Below, one piece after another: positions 32,239-44,548 of a DNA stretch of 64,000 nt; the stretch's first letter is position 1, and each line of letters opens with the position of its first letter. The stretch comes from Daphnia carinata. Lineage: Eukaryota. The DNA is taken from positions 11,470,001-11,534,000 of the forward strand of contig NC_081331.1 of NCBI RefSeq assembly GCF_022539665.2, read 5' to 3'. Both the position numbers and the translations under genes were made by a program. The notes beneath the pieces are model-generated. The model saw only the letters and a program-made list of their open reading frames with translations, made no database searches and was not told the origin of the DNA.

Positions 32239-32542
32239 TTTTCAATTGTTCCTCCAGCCACGCGTTATTCTCCATTCACGCTACTGAACTAACTGCGAAT
32301 GGCATCCAATGGACTGAAATTGCCTATGCCTATGGCAATCCGTTTTACATGAAAAAAAAAAAAAAAAATGGCGGAAAAAAAAAAAAAATTCGCACTTTTT
32401 TCTCTTTTTTCTACCCGTAGCCATCTATCAGTCGGTTTCGTTATTACAGGCATGTAAGCAATTTGAGTTAATTGTATCCCATTAGCAGTTAATTGAGTAG
32501 CGTGGCTGGAGAACAACGCGTGGCTGGAGGAACAATTGAAAA

Positions 32543-33550
32543 ATGGATAAGATAATAAAACAAAAAAATGGTAAGTATAAACATTATTATATTGGTTTTC
32601 AATTATTAATTATTGTTTATTAGATCAAATTATGAAGCTGCAGGCCCAGTTATTGGAACAACACAAAATATTAGATAACAAAGCTAAGGATCGTAGGCCG
32701 AACACGTAATGATTCTATTTATTTGCTTTTATTCATTCGTGTTTTGTAGCTCAAATTTTGAGTCTTCAAGCTCAGCTAGGGGAAAAGAACAAATTGGAAC
32801 GGAACAGTTTCCAAACAGTGAAGGAGGTTTTTCAAAACTCATCTCTAACTGAACGTGAGGATGAGTTGGCATTAGGCGAACACAGCCAGGTACCTAAAGT
32901 TTTCAAATAAGAATTCAAAATAAGTATAGAATTTTAAAAAACAGTTATTTATTGCTTAGTTATTCAGTCCACCACATGACAGTGTGTTAAATTTAAATTC
33001 TGTTAGTGCTGCCCTAAAAGAATCGTTAGTAATAAGCTCATGCAGTGAAGGAACTGAACAATTGTGGGAACGTATTTGGGCCGAAAATGGGTGTGGTTCA
33101 GAAACCCAGAAATGGCACAAGTTCAACATGAAACATGGATTAGGTACTTTTCGGTTTTTTGTATATTGAAAAAGTATTTTTAATGCTATTATTTTGCATT
33201 CCAGGTTTTTACGGGGGATCAAATCAAGTCTGGAAGTGTTACAGGATGGAAGAGTGAGCCTACAGATGAAAAAACACTGAGAGTGCATTACCGTAAGGTG
33301 TGAGGTAAATTAATAGAGTAATGCAAATTGCCTAATGAGAAGTACCATCTTGTGTTAATGAATCCAGTACAACAGCAATCCTTTATAGTTCTGTCACAGC
33401 TAGAAGCCTCAAATAATTCTGCTTCTCTGTCTAAAGAACGACTTGTCCTTTACGTTCAGAGTGTTGGGGAAACTGGGTACTTAAATGGCCCTAAAGATGT
33501 TTTAATTTTGCTGCTATTGCAGAGATGAACATCATACATGGACTCTTTAG
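32543..33550 (+). pseudogene. Arm-encoded spliced orphan gene (copy 3L)
   Basis: Same structure, with an in-frame 3-nt deletion in exon 2 and an altered intron-2 donor region. Confidence 0.62.
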
Positions 33551-35072
33551 GTATGAAAGGATTTTTCTTCAAATAATTTTGAATTTATGACGAAGAATTT
33601 CTCCTCCTTTTTGCCAACCAGGTCTTATCTACCAAAAAAAATTTTATCCAATAGGAAAGGATTTTCATGTATTGGGAACACAACTATCAACAATGCAACA
33701 TTCTACAGGTGCTAGTTTATCATTCAAGAGCCTTATACAATGAAGTTAATCTGCAATTTGTATGTCCTTTCCCAAGCTTCCACCAGAAGTTGAATCTATG
33801 AGTCATGTAAGTTCCATGATCAACAATTGATGTGTTTAACGGTGTTGTTTTTCTTTTCTCAATATAGGTTAATAGTAACATTGGATCTGAAAAGATTCTT
33901 GGTTGGGGCAAGACACTGAATAAATTGTATTGATTGGATGGATGACATGACATTGCTATACTTAATTCGGATTCCCCAGACGGTATTTGATATTAAAAAA
34001 ATTGAAGTGCATATCTGGGCTCCCTTCTTTTCTGAAGCCCCGTTTCCCCTTGACTCGTAATAAGCCCGTAGGGGGTCATGCCCCTACTGTACGGTATATA
34101 TAAAAACAACATATACCGAGGTTTGGAGGGCTCTGGCCGGAAAGGGGACGTGGGGTGCCGCTTCGTCCGATGATGTGTTCACGGAGGGTGACGTGGCTGC
34201 CCACAAATCCGAACTAAAGGTTAATCGCTCCTGTAAAAATGTTCCAAATCTTCAGCTCTTCTTCCGGCTTCTCTTAGCCAATCACCGGGTAATCTCCCCG
34301 GTGGGTCAACAAGGCAGTGTCTCCCCCTGCCTGGGTTGACGGCAACTTTTGAAAGGGCTGTTGTGCCTTTTTAAAGTTGCAAAAATAATTGTAATGTGCA
34401 GAGAAATGTCAATAAAATTTTTTTTATAAAATATTTTTTGCAAAATTCGTTTCTTTCATTGTCTGTATATGTTATTATATTATATACCTCGGTATATGTT
34501 GTTTTTATATATACCGTACAGTAGGGGCATGACCCCCTACGGGCTTATTACGAGTCAAGGGGAAACGGGGCTACGGAAAGGAAGGGAGCCCAGATATGCA
34601 CTTCAATTTTTTAAATATCAAATACCGTCTCGGGAATCCGAATGAAGTATAGAAATATCATGTCATCCAAATATCATGTCATCCATCCAATCATTACAAT
34701 TTATTCAGTGTCTTGCCCCAACCAAGAATTTTTTCAGATCCAATGTTACTATTAACCTACACTGAGAAAAGAAAAACAACACCATTAAGCATCTCAATTG
34801 TTGCTCATGTGACTTACATGACTCATAGATTCAACTTCTGGCAGAAGCTCGGGAAAGGCCATACAAATTGTAGATGAAAATCATTGTATAAGGCTCTTGA
34901 AGGATAAAATAACACCCCTAGAATGTTGCATTGTTGATAGTTGTGTTCCCAGTATGCTGAAAATCCTTTCCTATTGGATAAATTTTTTTTGTAGATTAGA
35001 CATGGTTGGCAAAAAGGAGGAGAAAAGCTTCATCATAAATTCAAAAATTTTTCAAGAAAATTCCTTTCATAC

Positions 35073-36084
35073 CTAAAGAGTCCATGTATGATGTTCATCG
35101 CTGCAATGCCAGTGAAGTGAAACATCTTTAGGGCCATTTAAGTACCCAGCTTCACCAACACTCTGAGTGTAAAGGACAAGTTGTTCTTTAGCAAGAGAAG
35201 CAGAATTATTTGAGGCTTCTAGCTATAACAGAACTATAAAGGATTGCTGTTACACAGGATTCATTCACACAAGATGGTACTTCTCATTAGACAATTTGCA
35301 TACTCTATTACTTTACCTCATACCTTAATGGTAATGCACTTTCAGTGTTTTTCAACTGTAGGCTCACTCTTCCATCCTGTAACACTTCTAGACTTGACTT
35401 GATCCCCCACTAGAATTCTGTGAATGCAAAATAATAGCATTAAAAATACTGTTTCGATAGACAAAAAACTGAAAAGTACCTAATTCATGTTTTATGTTGA
35501 ACTCATGCTATTTCTGGGTTTCCGTACCACACCCATTTTCAGCCCAAATACGGTCCCACAGTTGTTCAATTCCTTCGCTGCATGGACTTATTACTAACAA
35601 TTCTTTTAGTGCAGCACTAACAGAATTTAACTTTAACACACTGTCAGGTGGTAGACTGAATAACTAAGCAATAAATAATTGTTTGTTAAAATTCTATACT
35701 TATTTTGAATTCTTATTTGAAAAGTTTAGGTACCTGACTGTGTTCGCCTAATGCCAATTCATCCTCATGTTCAATTAGGGATGAGTTTGGAAAAACCTCC
35801 TTCACTGTTTGGAAACTGTTCCATTCCAATTTGTTCTATTCCCCTAGCTGAGCTTTTAGACTCAAAATTTGAGCTACAAAACACAAATGAATAAAAGCAA
35901 ATAAATAGAATCATTATGTATAAGCCCTTACCATCCTTAGCTTTGCTGTTATCTAATATTTTGTGTTGTTCCAATAATTGGGCCTGCAGCTTCATAATTT
36001 GATCTAATAAACAATAATTAATAATTGAAAACCAATATAATAATGTTTATACTTACCATCCTTTTGTTGTATTATCTTATCCAT
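35073..36084 (-). pseudogene. Arm-encoded spliced orphan gene (copy 3R)
   Basis: Nearly identical inverted copy of 2L, including the exon-4 TAG (~35508). Confidence 0.65.
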
Positions 36085-36293
36085 TTTTCAATTGTTCCTC
36101 CAGCCACGCGTTATTCTCTCCATCCACGCTACTGAACTAACTGCGAATGGCATCCAATGGACTGAAATTGCCTACGCCAGTAATAACGAGTCTGAGCGGT
36201 AGATGGCTACGTGTCGGAAAAAAAAAAAAAGTGTGATTTTTTTTTTTTTTTGGCGAAATTTTTTTTTTTTTTTGTGTAAAACGGATTGCCATA

Positions 36294-36870
36294 TCATAGG
36301 GTATAATCAAAATTAGACGCTGATTTCAATTCTGTGATTGCTTTTCTCGTTAAACCAGCCGTTACAAAAATAATGGAAAAAAAAGATATATTTTTTCTTC
36401 AACGCGCTAGCGCTGTAGCGTACTGGCGCGCTAGCGGTGTTTCAAATATTCGGTATATTTCAAAAATGATTGACTTAGTGAAAAAAATAGCAATTTTCCC
36501 GGAATCAGCATTTAATTTTAAGTATATCCTGTGATATTCAATCAATTTCGATGCGTGTCAGTTTTTGGGGTAACATATTTTAAGCCCGTCTAATAAATAA
36601 GCCCGACTAACAAATAAGCCCGACTTTTCTTATTTTTTCGTTTTTACGTTTAATTAAAAAACCATGAGGCACATTGAAAAATAAATTTGATTTCCATGAT
36701 AAGCATACAATTCTGACTCGAAATCTTGTATGTTAAGCGAATTTAAAATTTAGCTAATTGGCCTTTTGGTTTCTAAACTAAAGGTAAAAAACGAAAAAAT
36801 AAGAAAAGTCGGGCTCATTTATTAGTTGGGCTTATTTATTAGTCGGCCTTAAAATATTTCATTCCAAAAA
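36294..36870 (-). mobile_element. MITE-like unit remainder (inverted, 36294-~36750) plus a short forward fragment (~36755-36870)
   Basis: CGCGCTAGCGCTGTAGCGTACTGGCGCGCTAGC and triple TAAGCCCGAC motifs; mirrors 16340-16690. Confidence 0.85.
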
Positions 36871-37444
36871 GTACATCAAGTTGGTTACCGGCCGCAACAA
36901 TCTGCAACAAATGTCTCGATGACGTTTCAATTAAATATAACACAATTTAACGCTAATTTCGAAAAGTAAAATTGTTTCTCGCTAAGGCGTTCGTTTTATA
37001 ATTAACCTAAATAATGGATTAGTTTCGTCGATGGCAGCCAAACACTCATCGATATGACATCCTTACATTAGTCAACCGATGGGTCAACCGATGGGTTGCG
37101 CGCTGTGCGCGTCTTGGACTCTTATTAACCCGACATAAGCCATTTGTGAAAGAGAAAACAAAAAATGAAGCTGATTATTCTCTTTTCCAACAAACATTAA
37201 AACAAAAAGAGAAAAAGAAATAGAAACAAAGTAAGAGCAAGCTGCTCAAAGCTCAGACATCTATGACCATCTAGCTAGAACTTTTCACGAGCAAAGTGAG
37301 TCTTCTATGTTGAAATTTCGATTGTAAAATACTGAAGGCATTGAACGTTAAGATCCTTGTGTTACAGACCCAAACATTTAAACATAAAGAAATATGAAAA
37401 TAACAAAAAAAAAAAAATAAATAAAAAAAGAGATGAACGAATAA

Positions 37445-40400
37445 TTAGAAGACTTGAATCCGGTGATTTTCCCGATCGGCGCAGACGATGTTGCCGTTGG
37501 ACATGACGGCGATGCCTTCCAGTCCCTGTATCATAAAGAAAAAGCTCGTTAGCGTTGTGCCCAGACGTTATCCGATTCTTTTTTTTTTTACTTTGAATTC
37601 TCCATCACCACAACCCCAGCAGCCGAAAGCTTTAACGAACACACCTTCGGCTGTGAACACTTGAATCCGATTGTTACCAGAATCGGCAACAACGATGTAG
37701 CCCTGATCGTCAACGGCTACTCCCCTGTAAACGAGCGAAAATTTAATTGTAAGTTCATCGTTGTATCTTGATAAATCCTAGAAATAAAAATCTGTTTTAC
37801 CTGGGGAACTTAAATTGCCCCTCATCAGCCCCTTCAACACCGAACGTAGCGATAACTTTGCCGTTGACGTCGAAGACTTGGATTCGGTGATTGTTCGAAT
37901 CGGATCTGCGTACAAAATAAAGCAACCTCACCATTATACATTAACTTCAATCATTCAAGAAATTAGCTATTGGCTTACACAATGACGCGATTTGTACTGC
38001 TAACGGCAATGTAGTGCGGATGTTCCAGCTGGCCGGGCCTATTGCCCATGGTACCGAATTTCCCAACAAAAGTACCATCAGACTGAAACACCTGTACTCG
38101 ATGGTTCTCCTGTTAGATTTATAAAAAGCGTTAACATCAGGGGAAAATACAATCTTGCGAATCGAATTGCCAATCACCTTATCGCAAACGTAGATGAAGC
38201 CCAGCGCATCGGTCGTTACCCCCCACGGGTAGCTAAACTTGCCATCCGACGTGCCCTGCGAGCCAAAGACTCGCAGGAAACGTCCCGAAGGATCGAACAC
38301 CTGGATTCGGTGGTTGTATCTATCCGCCTTTTCCAAACATATGCGATTATATCATTTGTCATCTGCTCAATAATTTGATGTAAAGATCATTCCGAAAGCA
38401 CTTACGATGATGTACTGGCCGATCCTGTTGATGGCTACGCCGGCCAGACAATCGAATTCGCCTTCGCCGTTGCCATAGTAACCAAACTCTTTCAAGAAGT
38501 GTCCCGTCGAGTCGAAAACTTGAACACGGTGATTAGAGCTGTCTGCTACCACGATGGAATTGTCGGGAGCCACAGCGACTCCTCGCGGCCAAGTGAAAGA
38601 TCCGGCTTCGCTGCCCCGAGTACCGATCTTCATCAACACCTTCCGCTTTTGCATGTATTGATGTCTGGACGATGACGTTATCAAACCAGATGACGGGCCT
38701 GTTAACTCATCGGAATCATTGCGACCATTGGTCGCATTATTTCCGGACACGCCAGTCGATCGGGCACGGCTGAACCGTGACGCCGGATGTGCCTGTTGCT
38801 GTTGTTTACTTCCTCCAGCTGTCGATGGATCGCTGTTGGTCGTCGATGACGGTAGCTGGTTTTGCCCTTCTCCTTCTTTGTTCCGCGGACCATATTTGTT
38901 CTTTAAATATCGTGCCCTATCCAAAAAATGGCGGCAAATTCAGTGATTGATTTCCATGCTATGATTCCAATGAAGCCAATGATTGAGCCAATGCCGAGCC
39001 TACTAACATCACGGACAAATTCTATGTAAAGCCACACTACACTTAAAAGTATCACGATTGCGCAAGTGACAAGGAAGAGTAACATACCAGGTGGATAACG
39101 AAGATCCTGAGCCGGCTTCAGCTGTGGGCGATGTTGGTTCTTGCGACGGAAAAGTCCCGGTATCCCCGACTTCTCCGCTTCCCAGCTGGCCGTAATAGTG
39201 CGGGCCCGCCGCCTTGCCGCCAACGCCGCCATCGCCTACCGTCAATTCCTTTGACGATGGCGATGGCGCTGTCGGCCCCAAGGAAGCAGGTGGTCCCACA
39301 TCGTGAGAGCTCTTGCTGCGGGCAAGCCGGGATCGGCGATCCTTTAAGGCTGCATATCGCGACCTGCCGCTTGGATACCGTTCGTCACCAGCGACGACGA
39401 GAAGCGGCTGCGATGCCGACGAGGCCGACGCAGCCGACGGCGCCGACGACTTGTTGCTGTCGTCGCCGTTATCGTCTACGTTACCCTCGTCGTCGTCGAC
39501 CATCTCATTGTTGTCATCCAGTGCGCAGTCTAGCGCAGCAGAGCTCTTACTTTTGTTTAAAAAACGACTTTGATAACCTCTCGTTTGCGAGTAGCGTGGT
39601 GTCGACGACGAAGCTGAAGACGAGCTACCGTGGTAGCCCCCCGAATCGGCTCCGTAGCCTCCAGTATCGCTGGACAAATTTGCCCGCGATCGGTTCAGAT
39701 ATTTGCTCGTTAACGGATACTTGTTTTCCATGTCGTCGGCAAGCGCCGAGCCCGTCCTGCTTCGGGACAAAGCTGAGCCTGTCGTTGTCGAATCCGTTCC
39801 ATAACGAGACGTTGAAGTATAGGGCCGACTCGACGACGATGTCGAGGCTGTACTCGCCGCCGTGGCCCGGCTCCTCGGTGTGTAGGAGGACGGCGAATCG
39901 GATGTGGTTGTCGGTCTACTATTACCGGCACTACTGGCACTAGTTTGATTACTGCTACTACTGGGGTAGGTCGTTGTGTCGCGAGCCTGTGCACTCCTGG
40001 CCAACAAAGGCCCGATGTCGGTCCGAGCTAATTCCCGATCCTTGGTACTGGTAGGGGCGGTGGTGGGTTTTGATGCAACAGCAGTTTTGCTTACTGCTGC
40101 CGTTTTGCCAGTCGCCGGTTTATCGGCTGAATCGGATTCCGACGAATCTGAACTGTCGTCGGAAGAGCTACTCTGACTATTCTCGGATCCCCTCGAGGCC
40201 TCTGCTGTAGGAGTGCCAGCCCGGCCTAAAAAACGACTCTGAAATCGGTGCGGGGCTACTCCTGCAGCTGTTCCGTTGCTACTAGCAACGCTCGTCGTGG
40301 TGGCGCTGCTGGCCGTTCCACTACTACTTCCAAAGCGTCCAGTTCCAGATGATGGACTGGTAGCGCCGCCACTCGTGTTCCCGAATCGACTTCGAGTCGC

Positions 40401-42825
40401 CGTCGTGGCCATCGATGCCGAAGCGTCGCCGTTCGTGCTGCCCGTGCTAGACTTGCGGCCGGCGCTGACTCCGCCGCCGAATCGATTCTTCAATTCGACG
40501 GTGGAAAAGGCGGCGCCGGTGTTGCGGACGGGCGACGAGTGAGTCGACGACTCGGCCGACGTGCTGCTATCGGAGCTGGACTTGTTGAAGCGTTCAGTTG
40601 AGACGCGGCCCACACGTCGGCTTGGACGGTCTGATGAATCATCTGCCGGCGAAGACGTTCGTGAAGTCACGGCTGCGACATAACTCGAGGCTATCGGTGT
40701 CCTGTCTGTCTGCCTGGACCCTGATTCCGTCTCGCTGGGTGTTCCGCTTTTCGTGCTGGCCAACAGAGACCTCCTTCGAGTACGCGCTTCTTCCGCTGTC
40801 TCCGGGGCAGGCGTCGCTCCAGAGCTGGTAGCAGACTCTGTCGCCGGTTTGTCGGAAACGGACGTCGACGTCTGCCTGGACGCTGAAGGTGCCTTTTGTT
40901 GCTCCGTCGAACTGCTGTTCTGCTGGCTGGTGAATCGCGGTCGATCACCGGATCCCGTCGGAGTCGAAGGCACGCTGGCACCAGCATCCGCTTTTCGAGT
41001 GCTGCTATCAGCTGATGCTTCCTGGCCTTTATTCTGTTTCTTAATCTTGGCTATCTCATCCTCCTCGCTCACTTGGCGTGCAGCCGCGGTCGGACGCGGC
41101 GGGACACGAGATGGGCTAGGCAGTGACTGACGGACGGGAGCAGCGGGCGTGGGTAAATTAAGCGTGGACGGTGGCGTAGCTTTCTTTTTACGGCCAACTT
41201 CCTGCAGCCGTTTGATGACTCGTGGCGAATCGCTCAAACGCGTGATACCGCTCAGCGGCCCTCTAGCCGCATCTTCCGTGTCCAGCACTCTCTGTCGTTC
41301 TTTTTTATTTGCCGGAGAATCAGAAGTTCCCGTTTCGCCTGACTGAAATCGAACAGATCGACTAGCAGGTTCGTTATCCGAATCGCCCGAGTCGTGGTGG
41401 CGCATGAAACGCGACCGGAATTTACGCCGGCCAATATCCGATGGTTCTTCGTAATCACCGTAGTCATTGCGGCGGGACGACGTATCGTAACGATCGACGG
41501 CCCGAGTGCTGATGCTACCGTGTCGTTCGCCAAAGTAACGTGGCCGGCCGCTGCCTCCGCCGAGATCGTCGTTGTTGTCCGATCCGTAAGCCGCGTTGTA
41601 ACGTTCTTCTTGCTGACGGAATTGAGCAGCCACTCGGTGATCGCTCTTGCTGCGCATCAGTCCGGGACCGAGGGATGGCGGCTGGGGTGGGCCTTGCTGG
41701 TATTGGTTTGAAGACGAAGAAGACGGGCCTGCGAGAATAGTTAATTCTCCCAGGTTGGCCAAAGTGTTGGACAGCTGATTAGGATCTTGTGGCACGAAGA
41801 ATCGCACTCGTCGATGATAATCGCCCGTCTCCGTTTCGAAATTGCGAATGAACTCCATAGTGCGCAGGAAAATGTCTTTGGTATCCATCAGCTCGTTGTC
41901 ATCCCATGAGATGGTGTTGGATGAAGAAGAGGATGACGTGGATGATCCGCCATCGGTGCCTGCTGCTCCAGCTGTGACGTGTTTTTCGGCAAATTCGGAA
42001 TTCGAGTCAAAATTTGAGATCTCGTGTTCCAGGTTGGCCCGCAGCCCGGTCAATGCCTTCAACTCTTTGGCCATAAAGACCTCGATCTCGCTCTTGATGA
42101 AGTCCGTACGGTCTTTTAGCGCCTTAGAGAGACGCCTGTAAAGTCCGTCAACCTCTTCGATGATGGCGAGACAGTTGGTTTGCAGCTGATTCGAGTTCTT
42201 GTCAATAACGCCTAGGGCGTCCTGTAAACGAGGCAAGGTTCTCCGCACCTGGTTGTTTACCCGAGCTATTTCCCTCCGCAGGATATCCAGGTGGCCCTCT
42301 TTACAGTCAGCGCAAACCTTCTTGTCGCAGTGACAGCACAGCGTGCAGTAGTTTTTCTCCGAGCAAACCCCACAACGTTCCATCACCTTTGTTTCCCAAA
42401 GAAAAAAAAACAGAATTTATGTTCACAACTTGTTTTTAGTTTGTGGATGGAAGTATTTCGTACCTGACCGCTGGTGGGGTCGGGCAATTCTCCGGTAATT
42501 TCGATGTGAAGCTCGAGGAAGCGCTGCAACGTTACGTTGGTGGGGTAGGCTGCAATTCCTTGATAAGGGATTCGATGTTCTGCTCTGCATTCTGGGCATT
42601 TCACCTAAACGGAACATAAATGAAATTTGTTTTTTTAGCTTAAAGACATTTCAATGTGAATGTATTTTGACTGTCAATATTATTATTTACCTGGCGAGTG
42701 ACGTAGTTGATGAGCCCCTCCATACAAGGCTCCATGCAGAAAGAGTGCTGACATGGCAGCAATTTGGGGTTGCGGTAGCGGTCGAGGCAAACGCAGCAAG
42801 TCAACAACTGATCAAACTGTTCCAT
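37445..42825 (-). CDS. tn: TRIM-NHL E3 ligase (RING, B-box-like region, coiled coil, long Ser/Thr-rich linker, NHL repeats), thin/abba or nhl-1 type
   Basis: N-terminus MEQFDQLLTCCVCLDRYRNPKLLPCQHSFCMEPCMEGL/VKCPECRAEHRIPY...LQRFLELHIEITGELPDPTSGQ/MERCGVCSEK matches the thin/abba family as recalled. NHL repeats include FTWPRGVAV..VADSSNHRVQVF. Exons: 42825-42691, 42604-42464, 42386-39088, 38916-38406, 38327-38178, 38109-37979, 37905-37801, 37724-37592, 37525-37445. Confidence 0.93.
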
Positions 42826-44528
42826 TTTGTCGAAATCAAACTCTCTTTTTCGAGGGAGTCTGATCACGACAACGTAATGAAAGCTCGATTAGCCGGTATC
42901 GTTTTCTAATTTAATGAAAGAAAAGGAGGTGTTTGTTTAAAGTCTGTAGAGGTAAGTACACTAAAAAAAAAAGGCGAGGCATAAGATGTTTAAAATTAAG
43001 GTGGAAAGGCAAAACGATTGAGATGACAATACCTACTGGAATGAAAAACAACAATAATATGAAAAGGGGTGACGAGAGCTGGAACGTCGAGAATCGAGGA
43101 ATATTGAAACGGGACTGGTTTTTGGACGGGATTTGTATCGACAAAGGCGAGGGCTTGAGTCAGCTCAACTCTGGGCGGGAGGAAAGCGGGGGAGGATGAG
43201 CTGGCCAAACGTCGACGCCGGACTTTTGGCGGCTGGGCGATGTCGACCATCTTGAGTGAGACATAGCTCAGTCGGCAACGACGGTGGGCGCCAACGCATA
43301 TCAGCTATAATTAGAACCCGGTGCGTCGCCCTCCAAAAGTATGTTACTTGCCCCACGTTGCCAGTATATGCGTTTATACACAAGACTTTTTAGCGATAGA
43401 CGCCATCTCGGCTGGCTCTATCTTGCCCTCCATCTCTTCCCCTCTTTGCTTTCCCCTTTTAATTCCTTGATTTTGTTTGTATTTTCGTCACGTCTCAACA
43501 GGCGATTTTTATTCTTTAAATATTCAAGACGATATGGGTCAAGTCGTTTGGCTGAGGCTGATGAATCGCACACGAGTCAGAAATTTCCGCCAGGTCTATT
43601 GACGCATCTCCGCCAGCTAATTCCGTTCACTCGCCAATGACTGTCGACGACTTGGACCTTAGAGGCGTGATGAAAAGTTGTGAACTGTCTGATCCTCATT
43701 TCTAGCAGTGACGCAGTGTTTTTATACGAGCAAAAGGCGTCCGGTTTCGATGTCACAATACACGTAATGACGCATACGGTGCCAAAGTTTAAAAAAAAAA
43801 AAACGAGAAGGGCGGATCTGTCCCCATATTCTGGCAGTTTCGAAATTTTGCTTTACAATGCCAATATTGTACGCAACGGCCAATAGAGTGCAGTTGGAAC
43901 CGACACAGCAACAAACCATTGCAGTCCTTAGTTCCACGAACGAGCCAAAAAGAACAAACTTTTTAAGCAGCAGAAGATTCGTGTCTTCTCCATCTTTCTT
44001 CTAACGGTTAGCAAAGGCGAGTTGGGGGTGCTGTTCGTCCCATCATTTTGACTTGAAACACACGTTCACCCATTTTCCTGTCCCATTTTTAGACATTAGA
44101 TTTGATTTCCCCAATTTTTTCCGCATTCCGGATCCCGTCCGGCGAGGAAGAAGAGATCCTACTCGAGTCTGTCAGATGGCGTGGGTATGGTGTCTGGGGG
44201 TTACAGCCAAATCGCGTCCCGGAATCAGGGAAACATACCGGAATGTGATCCAACACGGACCATTAGGCGATACACGAGGTGCGCCAGCCAGACGTGTTGA
44301 AAAATGAACGAAGAAAGACAAAAAAAGGGGGGGAAAAAAGGAACAAGACACACACATATAACGCTCATCGCCTTGCTATAAATGGTAGTCCAGTGGTGCG
44401 CGTGACTCGCCGTGGCAGGAAAAGGAAAAGGATTCAGACCCTTTTACAGCATTTTCGAATAGCTTCCATTTACTGGCAGCCGTGTTCAGGCGAGGGTTAT
44501 TTTCTAATTAGTTTTCCCTTTAAAAAAT

Positions 44529-44548
44529 AGAGAGAGAGAGAGAGAGAG
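44529..44548 (+). repeat. (AG)n microsatellite
   Basis: agagagagagagagagagag. Confidence 0.9.

Larger units (their letters stand above)
27426..32330. mobile_element. Foldback element copy 2 (with spacer; right terminus truncated by ~120 bp where copy 3 begins)
   Basis: Left terminus TATGGCAATCCGTTTTACA at 27426, preceded by a 19-bp duplicate at 27407-27425. Spacer ~29690-30180. Right arm ~30180-32330. Confidence 0.92.
32331..36293. mobile_element. Foldback element copy 3 (both termini present; spacer and inner ~480 bp of right arm deleted)
   Basis: Termini at 32331 and 36293. The arms join at ~34468-34485 through an AT-rich filler. Confidence 0.92.

Noticed and set aside
27426..36293. Palindromes as pure fold-back read artefacts
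   Set aside because: Arms differ by many substitutions, indels and distinct end types, which a chimeric read would not produce; long-read confirmation is still advisable.
39131..42141. Long plus-strand ORFs opposite the TRIM-NHL exon
   Set aside because: Antisense shadows of a GC-rich low-complexity coding exon.
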